From Verrucomicrobiales bacterium (GTDB lineage Bacteria > Verrucomicrobiota > Verrucomicrobiia > Limisphaerales > UBA9464): a DNA stretch of 64,000 nt. Positions 31,320 to 39,573 of the stretch are shown here, in pieces. The notes under the pieces were generated by a model, which saw nothing but the letters and a program-made list of their open reading frames with translations, had not been told where the DNA came from and did no database searches. A program made the translations under genes and the position numbers. Position 1 is the first letter of the stretch. Each line of letters opens with the position of its first letter. The stretch lies in NCBI GenBank assembly GCA_016793645.1, contig JAEUHD010000275.1:596-64595 (forward strand), in the 5' to 3' direction.

Positions 31320-34193
31320 ATGAATCCCTCCCCAGGTTCTCCCGCACCCGCACGAAAGAAGTACGTTCGCGCGGTTGGACCGCGCCTGCGAATCCTGTTG
31401 GTGACCGTGTTCGCCCTCTTTGCCCTGCTTGGGGCGAATTCGGCATACCTGAGCAGCATCACGTTTCTCAACTGGCTGGAGCGGGACAAGGGGGTCTCCT
31501 ACGAGAACTATTTCTACCAGTTTCAGTTTCTGGCCCACCTGGCCCTCGGACTCCTGATCGTGCTGCCGGTCATCGTTTTCGGGATCATCCATATCCGAAA
31601 CTCGCATGACCGGCCGAATCGCAGGGCCGTGCGCGTGGGGTACGCCCTCTTCGTCGTTGCCCTCATTCTCCTGTTTACCGGAGTGGCCCTGACCCGGATC
31701 GAGGGCTTCGAACTCAAGAACCCGAACCTGCGCACCGCGAGCTACTGGGCCCACGTCCTGACTCCCTTTCTGTGCGTCTGGCTCTACATCCTGCATCGTC
31801 TCGCCGGTCCGAGAATCCGATGGAAGGTGGGGTTCTCCTGGCTGGGTGCCGCCGCCGTGCTGACGGTGGGGATGATCGCCCTGCACAAGCACGATCCCCG
31901 GCGCTGGAATGTCCGGGCTCCGAAGGAGGGGGAGAAGTACTTTCAGCCGTCGAGTGCCCGCACGGCCAGCGGCAATTTTATTCCCGCCCGGACGGTGATG
32001 AACAACGAGTACTGCCTGGAGTGCCATCCGGATTCCTACAAGTCCTGGTTTCATTCGTCCCATCACTTCAGCTCGTTCAACAACCCGATCTACCTCTTCG
32101 CAGTCAACGAAACCCGCCAGGTGTCTCTCCGGCGCGACGGATCGGTGCAGGCCTCGCGGTGGTGTGCAGGCTGCCACGATCCCGCGCCGTTCTTCAGCGG
32201 GGCCTTTGACGACCCGAAGTTCGACATGACCAACCATCCGACCGCACTGGCCGGCATCACGTGCACCGTCTGTCACTCGATCACCTCCCTGGAGGGCGGG
32301 AGCCATGGAATGATCGGGAATGGAAACTATACGATCGAGGAACCCATCCACTACCCCTTCGCCTTCGAACCAACCAATTCGTTCCTGTTTTTTCTGAACA
32401 AGCAGTTGGTCAAGTCGAAGCCGGACTTTCACAAGCAGACCTTTCTCAAGCCGCTGCACAAGACCGCGGAGTTCTGCTCCACCTGCCACAAGGTCGGCAT
32501 TCCGTACGCCGTCAACCACTACAAGGAGTTCCTCCGCGGACAGAACCATTACGACACCTACCTCCTCAGCGGCGTTTCCGGGGTGAACGCCCGCAGCTTC
32601 TACTATCCGGAACAGGCGAAGCTGAATTGCGCGGAATGTCACATGCCCTACCAGAAGTCGGACGAGTTTGGTGCGCGCTTTCACGGGACCAATGACTTCC
32701 TGGCGCTTCATGACCACTTCTTCCCCGCGGCCAACACCGGACTGGCCCGGATTCTCGGTGCGGAGGAGGCTGTGAAACGTCATGAGGCCTACCTCAAGGA
32801 CTGCATCCGGGTGGATCTCTTTGGGGTGAAGACCGGGGGCACCATCGATGCTCCCCTCGTGGCACCGCTTCGCCCGAATGTCCCGAAACTCCGTCGTGGT
32901 CAGACCTACCTCCTGGAGGCGGTCGTCCGCACCCTCAAGCTGGGGCATCCGTTGACCCAGGGCACGGTGGATTCCAATGAATTGTGGGCGGACGTCTCGG
33001 TGACCGCCCCGGACGGGAGGGAAGTGGGGCGGAGCGGTTCGATGGGACCCCATGGTGAGGTGGATCCCTGGGCGCACTTCCTGAATGTCTACATGCTCGA
33101 CAAGGATGGAAACCGGATCGACCGGCGCAATCCCCAGGATATCTTTACGCCCCTTTACAACAATCAGATCCCCCCCGGCGCGGCCCATGTGCTCCACTAC
33201 AAGTTCACCGTGCCCGAGCATCAGATCGAACCGCTGACCGTTGAAGTGAAGGTTCAGTACCGGAAGTTCGACACGATCCTGATGAATTACGTGTATGGAA
33301 ACGGATACACGAATGGTCTTCCGTTCCAGGTCACCAACACCCTGCCGATCACCACGCTCGCCAGCGACCGACTGACCTTCGAAGTGGAGGGGGGATCCGC
33401 GCTGGCCGCCACCAATGCACCCTCCAGCATCCCCCCCTGGCAGCGCTGGAACGATTACGGGATTGGGCTTTTCCTCAAGGGGGACAAGGGCAGTGAAAAA
33501 GGGGAGTTGGTCCAGGCGTCGGCCGCGTTTTCCAAGGTGGAGGGCCTCGGCCGTGCGGACGGTCCGCTGAACCTCGCGCGGGTGTACTTCAAGGAAGGGC
33601 GCCTGAATGACGCCGTCGCCGCCCTCCAGCGCGCCAACGATACGAACCGGTTCAATCCCCCCGGCAACCGGTGGACGATTGCCTGGTTGAACGGCCTGGT
33701 GGACAAGCAAAATGGACGTCTGGACCAGGCCATTGCCGCGTTCACCAGCATTCTTGAGGACCGCTATCCCGAACTCGAACGGCGGAAACTGGATTTCAGC
33801 CGCGACTATGAGGTCATCAATGAGCTGGGGCAGACGCTCTACGAGCGGGCCAAGGCCGAGCGTGCGAACCCGGAACGTCAGAAGGAGTTTTTGCTCGCCG
33901 CGGTGAAGCGATTCGAGGCCACGCTGGCCATCGATACGGAGAACGTGACCGCCCACCACAATCTGACGCTCCTGTACACGCAACTGGGCGACCCGGTGAA
34001 GGCCGCCGAACATCGGGCGCTGCATGAGAAATACCGCGTCGACGACAATGCCCGGGACCGGGCGGTGGCCGCGGCGCGCCTGCGCGATCCCGCGGCCGAT
34101 CACGCGTCCCAGGCGATTGTGATCTACGATCTGCAGCGCCGAACCGGTGGGATGAACGCCGTGGCCTCCCGCGAAGCCGCCCCATCCCGCTGA
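31320..34193 (+). CDS. Membrane multiheme (5xCxxCH) cytochrome c with a His-containing TM domain and C-terminal TPRs
   Basis: About 5 N-terminal TM helices. Heme motifs CLECH, CAGCH, CTVCH, CSTCH and CAECH (c554/c552-like). C-terminal helical TPR-like repeats. Start at ATG 31320. Confidence 0.85.
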   Translation: MNPSPGSPAPARKKYVRAVGPRLRILLVTVFALFALLGANSAYLSSITFLNWLERDKGVSYENYFYQFQFLAHLALGLLIVLPVIVFGIIHIRNSHDRPNRRAVRVGYALFVVALILLFTGVALTRIEGFELKNPNLRTASYWAHVLTPFLCVWLYILHRLAGPRIRWKVGFSWLGAAAVLTVGMIALHKHDPRRWNVRAPKEGEKYFQPSSARTASGNFIPARTVMNNEYCLECHPDSYKSWFHSSHHFSSFNNPIYLFAVNETRQVSLRRDGSVQASRWCAGCHDPAPFFSGAFDDPKFDMTNHPTALAGITCTVCHSITSLEGGSHGMIGNGNYTIEEPIHYPFAFEPTNSFLFFLNKQLVKSKPDFHKQTFLKPLHKTAEFCSTCHKVGIPYAVNHYKEFLRGQNHYDTYLLSGVSGVNARSFYYPEQAKLNCAECHMPYQKSDEFGARFHGTNDFLALHDHFFPAANTGLARILGAEEAVKRHEAYLKDCIRVDLFGVKTGGTIDAPLVAPLRPNVPKLRRGQTYLLEAVVRTLKLGHPLTQGTVDSNELWADVSVTAPDGREVGRSGSMGPHGEVDPWAHFLNVYMLDKDGNRIDRRNPQDIFTPLYNNQIPPGAAHVLHYKFTVPEHQIEPLTVEVKVQYRKFDTILMNYVYGNGYTNGLPFQVTNTLPITTLASDRLTFEVEGGSALAATNAPSSIPPWQRWNDYGIGLFLKGDKGSEKGELVQASAAFSKVEGLGRADGPLNLARVYFKEGRLNDAVAALQRANDTNRFNPPGNRWTIAWLNGLVDKQNGRLDQAIAAFTSILEDRYPELERRKLDFSRDYEVINELGQTLYERAKAERANPERQKEFLLAAVKRFEATLAIDTENVTAHHNLTLLYTQLGDPVKAAEHRALHEKYRVDDNARDRAVAAARLRDPAADHASQAIVIYDLQRRTGGMNAVASREAAPSR

Positions 34194-34216
34194 CCCCCGG
34201 CCGACACCATCCTTTC

Positions 34217-36079
34217 ATGAAGCCTCCCGAACATGGTCCGGACGACAATGAGGAACTGGTTTACACCGACGATGCCATTGTGGGTCGCGCGTTTCGATGG
34301 TCGGCGATCACCCTGGTGGCCCTGGTCGTCGTGGGGGGCGGTGCCTACTGGGTCCTGCGTCCCCGGCCTGCGGTTGCGCCGACCCATGTCACACGCCTGA
34401 CGGCCCCGGAGACCGCGGCGAAACCCGCCGCGCCCGTCCCGAAGGCCACGTTCACGGATATTACGGAATCCGCCGGAATCCGTTTCCGCCATGACAATGG
34501 AGCCTACGGGGAAAAACTGCTCCCCGAGACCATGGGCAGTGGAGCAGCGTTCCTCGACATGGACGGCGACGGGGATGCCGACCTCCTTTTCGTAAACTCG
34601 ACCTCCTGGCCCGGGCACGCGCCCGCGGATGGCAAGGTGGCGACGGCCGCCCTGTATCGGAACGATGGCACCGGGAAATTCACGGACGTGACGAAGGGGT
34701 CCGGACTGGACATCCCTCTTTACGGAATGGGAGTGGCGACGGGGGATTTCGACAATGATGGGCGTCCTGATGTCCTGATCACGAGCGTCGGCGGGGCGCG
34801 ACTGTTTCACAACGAAGGCCAGGGCAGGTTCACCGACGTGACGGCCTCCGCAGGGGTCGGTGGGGATCCCAAGGACTGGAGCACCGCGGCCACGTTCTTC
34901 GACATGGACAACGATGGCGACCTCGACCTGTTCGTGGGCAATTACGTCCGCTGGTCCCGCGACATCGACGCCCAGGTGGGTTACAAGATCGACGGCACCC
35001 ATCGAGCCTACGGTCCTCCGATGAATTTCCAGGGCGCCTTTCCCCGGTTGTACCGCAACGAGGGTGGCGGGAGGTTCACGGACGTCTCCGCCACGTCCGG
35101 GGTGCAGGTCAAGAATCCCTCAACCGGTGTACCGATGGCCAAGACGCTGGGCGTCGCCCCGATGGACATTGATGGTGACGGGTGGACGGATCTCGCCGTG
35201 GCCAATGATACCGTCCAGAATCTCCTGTTCCGGAACAAGCACGATGGAACCTTTGAGGAGATGGGGGCTCTCAGCGGTTTCGCCTTCGACAGTTATGGGA
35301 ATGTCCGTGGAGCCATGGGCATTGATGCCTGCCGATTCACCAAGGATGGAAGGATCGGGTTCGCCATCGGCAATTTTGCCAACGAAATGACGGCCCTGTG
35401 CGTGGCCCAGCCTACCCCGGGTGGTGGCTCCCATCCGTTGTTTGCGGACGAGGCCATTGCCTGGGGGATTGGCGGACCCAGTCGCGATCCGTTGAAGTTC
35501 GGGATCTTCTTCTTCGATTACGATCTCGATGGACGCTCGGACCTGCTCAGCGTCAACGGGCACCTGGAGGAGGAGATCAGCAAGATCCAGAATGGGCAGC
35601 GCTATCAGCAGCCCGCCCAGTTGTTCTGGAACGCCGGGGATGCCGGATTCAGCCAGGTGCAGTCCGAACAGGCGGGACCTGATCTTTTCCGTCCCCTGGT
35701 TGGCCGGGGAAGTGCCTATGCGGATATCGATGGGGACGGCGATCTTGACGTCGTGTTCACCCAGTCCCAGGGAGCGCCGCTTCTCCTTCGGAATGACCAG
35801 GCCCTTGGGAATCACTTTGTCCGCCTGAAGTTGGAGGGTTCCACGGCCAACCGGGACGGCGCCGGGGCCCAGGTTAAACTTGTGGCCAATGGGGAACCCC
35901 AGTGGAGGAATATCACCTCGACCCGGAGCTACCTGAGCTCCAGCGAGCTTCCCGTGACGTTTGGATTGGGGAAGGCGACGAACGTGGACGAGGTGGAGAT
36001 TGTCTGGCCCGGCGGAAAGCATCAGAAACTGACCGAGGTGCCGGTGGATCGTCTGACGCGGATTCAGGAACCGAAATAG
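34217..36079 (+). CDS. CRTAC1-family FG-GAP beta-propeller with C-terminal ASPIC/UnbV domain
   Basis: N-terminal TM anchor, repeated DMDGDGDADL / DFDNDGRPDV / DYDLDGRSDL motifs, and ASPIC end GAQVKL...SYLSSSELPVTFGLG...IVWPGG. Confidence 0.9.
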   Translation: MKPPEHGPDDNEELVYTDDAIVGRAFRWSAITLVALVVVGGGAYWVLRPRPAVAPTHVTRLTAPETAAKPAAPVPKATFTDITESAGIRFRHDNGAYGEKLLPETMGSGAAFLDMDGDGDADLLFVNSTSWPGHAPADGKVATAALYRNDGTGKFTDVTKGSGLDIPLYGMGVATGDFDNDGRPDVLITSVGGARLFHNEGQGRFTDVTASAGVGGDPKDWSTAATFFDMDNDGDLDLFVGNYVRWSRDIDAQVGYKIDGTHRAYGPPMNFQGAFPRLYRNEGGGRFTDVSATSGVQVKNPSTGVPMAKTLGVAPMDIDGDGWTDLAVANDTVQNLLFRNKHDGTFEEMGALSGFAFDSYGNVRGAMGIDACRFTKDGRIGFAIGNFANEMTALCVAQPTPGGGSHPLFADEAIAWGIGGPSRDPLKFGIFFFDYDLDGRSDLLSVNGHLEEEISKIQNGQRYQQPAQLFWNAGDAGFSQVQSEQAGPDLFRPLVGRGSAYADIDGDGDLDVVFTQSQGAPLLLRNDQALGNHFVRLKLEGSTANRDGAGAQVKLVANGEPQWRNITSTRSYLSSSELPVTFGLGKATNVDEVEIVWPGGKHQKLTEVPVDRLTRIQEPK

Positions 36080-36265
36080 GCCGGGCGCGACACCCAGGGG
36101 GAGACCGGCGGTGGAAACGTGATTGTAGTTCGCCCGGACTGTTCACCCAATCCCTTCGAATCGGGGACCTCCCTGAATCGTCCGGTACAGGCACTTGCCT
36201 CCGACGGGTAATCGGGCGTAAGAAGTGGGAGCACAGATCCCCTGAATCCCTAACCGGTTGACTCC

Positions 36266-37636
36266 ATGCTGACGATCCTAGGATCCAAGCCGTCCGGCCG
36301 CGGTTATTGCGATGGCATTTCGCGTCGCAATTTTCTGCGGGTGGGGGCATTGGGATTGGGTGGACTGGGAGGACTTGGTCTGCCGGGCGTGCTCCAGGCG
36401 GAGTCGGCGGCCGGGATCCGCAGCGCCGGCAATGGGCACAAGGCGGTCATCATGATTTTCCTGCCGGGAGGCCCCTCCCATCAGGACATGTTCGACCTGA
36501 AACTCGATGCACCTTCCGAAGTGCGGGGAGAGTTCAAACCGATTCCGACCAATGTTCCCGGAACCCAGATTTGCGAGCATCTGCCCCGGTTGGCCCGCAT
36601 GGCCGACCGGTACAGTGTGATCCGCTCCGTGGTGGGCATGGAGGATCGGCACGAGTCCTTCCAATGCTACACCGGCCGGCTGAATCGCAGTCAGCCTCCT
36701 GGAGGGTGGCCCTCCATGGGTTCATTTCTGACCCGGATCCAGGGCGCGGGGGAACCCTCGCTGCCCGCCTTCGTGGGCTTGGCCCCCAAGATGGGCCATG
36801 TTCCATGGTCGGATAATGGTGTTTCCGGCTTTTTGGGTCCCGCCTGCGCTCCGTTCGAGATCAACAAGGGAGGGGGCAAGGACGATATGGTCCTGAACGG
36901 AATCACCCTGGACCGGTTGTCGGATCGACGCTCGCTGCTCTCAGCCTTGGATACCTTCCGACGCGAGGTCGATGTCGGCGGCCAGATCGCCGGAGTGGAT
37001 GCCTACACCCAGCAGGCGTTTGGAATTCTGACCTCCAGCCGCATGGTGGAGGCACTGGATTTCCGCAAGGAAGACCCGCGGGTGATCGAGCGCTATGGCA
37101 AGGGTGACCCGAAGAACCGGGATGATGGGGCACCCAAGCTGATGGAACACTTTCTGGTGGCCCGCCGCCTGGTGGAAGCCGGAGTCCGGTGCGTGACCCT
37201 GGCCTTCAGTCGCTGGGACCATCATGGCGACAACTTCGGGGCGCTTCGCCAGGATCTTCCCCTCCTGGATCAGGGATTGAGCGCGCTGATCCAGGATTTG
37301 CATGATCGGGGACTCGACCGGGATGTCACGGTCCTCGTGGCGGGGGAATTCGGTCGGACGCCGACCATCAACAAGGACGCCGGACGCGATCATTGGCCCC
37401 GGGTGAGCTTTGCGTTGCTGGCCGGGGGCGGGCTCAAACACGGCCAGGTCATTGGATCAACCGACCGGCTCGGAGGCGAAGCAGCGTCCCGCCCGGTCAC
37501 CTTTGGAGAGATCCATGCCACTGTCTACCACGCGCTCGGCTTGGACGTGAACAAGGTGACGGTGAACGACCTCACCGGCCGTCCCCAGTTCCTCGTTCCG
37601 GATGGCTGCCAACCCATGAAGGAGTTGGTGGGATGA
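36266..37636 (+). CDS. DUF1501 domain protein, paralog A, twin-arginine N-terminus
   Basis: YCDGISRRNFLRVG, IFLPGGPSHQDMFDLK, RRLVEAGVR, WDHH, GEFGRTP, GRDHWP and GGGLKHGQVIGSTD. Confidence 0.92.
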   Translation: MLTILGSKPSGRGYCDGISRRNFLRVGALGLGGLGGLGLPGVLQAESAAGIRSAGNGHKAVIMIFLPGGPSHQDMFDLKLDAPSEVRGEFKPIPTNVPGTQICEHLPRLARMADRYSVIRSVVGMEDRHESFQCYTGRLNRSQPPGGWPSMGSFLTRIQGAGEPSLPAFVGLAPKMGHVPWSDNGVSGFLGPACAPFEINKGGGKDDMVLNGITLDRLSDRRSLLSALDTFRREVDVGGQIAGVDAYTQQAFGILTSSRMVEALDFRKEDPRVIERYGKGDPKNRDDGAPKLMEHFLVARRLVEAGVRCVTLAFSRWDHHGDNFGALRQDLPLLDQGLSALIQDLHDRGLDRDVTVLVAGEFGRTPTINKDAGRDHWPRVSFALLAGGGLKHGQVIGSTDRLGGEAASRPVTFGEIHATVYHALGLDVNKVTVNDLTGRPQFLVPDGCQPMKELVG

Positions 37637-37669
37637 CTCCCTGATGAAGCCCTTTGCTGAACCCCACCC

Positions 37670-39007
37670 ATGCTGACCATTCCCGGAAAGGCCTCCCGAT
37701 TTTGCGACGGTGTAAGCCGGCGGAATTTTCTTCGGATCGGCGCCCTGGGCATGGGAGGCATCGCCGTCCCACAACTTCTCCGCGCCGAGACCGCTTCCGG
37801 GCTTCGCTCGGGTCAAAAGGCGGTGATCATGATTTACCTGCCCGGTGGACCGCCCCACCAGGACACGTTTGATCTGAAGATGGAGGCTCCCGCGGAGATT
37901 CGTGGTGAGTTCAAGCCGATCCCGACCAACGTTCCGGGAACCCAGATCTGCGAATTGCTGCCCCGGCTCGCGAAGATCACGGACCAGTACACCATCATCC
38001 GGTCCATTGCCGACGCAGTGGACGACCACTCGGACTTCATGTGCCAGACCGGGCGGCGAAAGGGGAACCAGCCCCCGGGCGGATGGCCCACCATGGGCGC
38101 CACGGTCTCGCGGGTCCTCGGTCCGGCGGATCCGGCGGTTCCCGCCTTCGTTGGGCTTGAACCCCGAATGCAGCATCGCCCCTACAATGCGGCGACTTCG
38201 GGCTACGCCGGCGTCTCCCATGACGCCTTTCGGCCCGCGGCCGATGCCAAGGGGGACATGGTCCTCAACGGCATCACCACGGATCGCCTGAGCGACCGGC
38301 GGGCCTTGTTGAGCGCCTTCGACCGGTTCCGACGGGATGTGGACTCGTCGGGGTTGATGTCCGGGCTGGATGGATTCAACGAGCAGGCCTTCGGGATGCT
38401 GACGTCCAGCCGCCTGCTTCAGGCCCTGGACCTGAAGAATGAGGATCCCCGACTGCTGGAGCGGTATGGAAAGGGGGATGCCAAGGTGCATGGCGATGCC
38501 GCGCCGATGCTGAACGAGCAATTCCTGGTGGCCCGGCGACTGGTGGAGGCCGGAGCCCGCTTCGTGACCGTGGCCTATGGGTTTTGGGATTACCACGGCA
38601 ACAATTTCGGCAACGCCCGCAATGACCTTCCGATGCTGGACCAGGGATTGAGCGCCCTGTTTCAGGACTTGAAGGACCGGGGTCTGAACCGGGATGTGAG
38701 TGTCGTGGTGTGGAGTGAATTCGGCCGATCCCCGACCATCAACAAGGACGCCGGCCGGGACCACTGGCCCCGGGCGAACTGCGCCCTGCTCGCGGGGGGC
38801 GGGATGAAGATGGGCCACGTGGTCGGCGCGACCGACCGGTTGGGCGGCGAACCCAGTGAGCGTCCCGTCCTGTTCGGGGAAATTTTTGCGACCCTGTACC
38901 ACACGCTCGGGATTGACGTGAACAAGGTCACGATTCCCGACCTCACCGGACGGCCTCAATTCCTTGTACCGGACGGCTGTCAGCCCATGAAGGAACTGGT
39001 GGGATGA
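37670..39007 (+). CDS. DUF1501 domain protein, paralog B
   Basis: FCDGVSRRNFLRIG, IYLPGGPPHQDTFDLK, WDYH, SEFGRSP and GRDHWP. Tandem paralog of 36266-37636. Confidence 0.92.
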   Translation: MLTIPGKASRFCDGVSRRNFLRIGALGMGGIAVPQLLRAETASGLRSGQKAVIMIYLPGGPPHQDTFDLKMEAPAEIRGEFKPIPTNVPGTQICELLPRLAKITDQYTIIRSIADAVDDHSDFMCQTGRRKGNQPPGGWPTMGATVSRVLGPADPAVPAFVGLEPRMQHRPYNAATSGYAGVSHDAFRPAADAKGDMVLNGITTDRLSDRRALLSAFDRFRRDVDSSGLMSGLDGFNEQAFGMLTSSRLLQALDLKNEDPRLLERYGKGDAKVHGDAAPMLNEQFLVARRLVEAGARFVTVAYGFWDYHGNNFGNARNDLPMLDQGLSALFQDLKDRGLNRDVSVVVWSEFGRSPTINKDAGRDHWPRANCALLAGGGMKMGHVVGATDRLGGEPSERPVLFGEIFATLYHTLGIDVNKVTIPDLTGRPQFLVPDGCQPMKELVG

Positions 39008-39570
39008 ATGGAGACGGGACCCACGGGAAATGGTCGGGACAGGCGAAAACCTGGAGCCGCCCCGGAAGCCTAATGGTGGGCGTCCTCTTCGGCTCACTTT
39101 TCAGCGTCCTTCCTCTGGAACTGTTGCTGCCCGCAATCCCTTTGACACTGTTCGGTGGAGCCCTGTTTTGCCTCCCCAGGAACCGCCGATATCGTTGGTC
39201 AGGATTCATTCCGGCGGTTGCCGCCTCGATCAGCGTGATGGTCGTGGCAGTCGCTCTGCCACTGAAGGACTTCGATCAACCTGTGGGACCCTTTCCCACA
39301 AAAACAATCACACTTGGAGACTTGGTGCGGCAGGACCTTGCCTATGACCGCTTTGGTGACGATGGAAACGACGGGTGGCGAGCCATTCGGCTGGACTTGC
39401 CTTCGGAGCGTCCCACCCGCCGCCAGATCTTGGACTGCATTCAAAGCCAAACCGACGTACGTGCGCATATCTTCCGGTGTGGCAATGGATCCACCCTGAT
39501 TTGGGGCGCCAGCGTTGGTCGCATCAGTCTCAAGCCCGCCGTAGAGACACCAAAGTCGGCGAATCGATAG
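39004..39570 (+). CDS. Hypothetical membrane protein (2-3 TM helices), lower GC
   Basis: ATGA overlap with the DUF1501-B stop, and ends 3 nt before the next gene. Hydrophobic N-terminal half. No family recognised. Confidence 0.6.
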   Translation: MNGDGTHGKWSGQAKTWSRPGSLMVGVLFGSLFSVLPLELLLPAIPLTLFGGALFCLPRNRRYRWSGFIPAVAASISVMVVAVALPLKDFDQPVGPFPTKTITLGDLVRQDLAYDRFGDDGNDGWRAIRLDLPSERPTRRQILDCIQSQTDVRAHIFRCGNGSTLIWGASVGRISLKPAVETPKSANR

Positions 39571-39573
39571 CCT

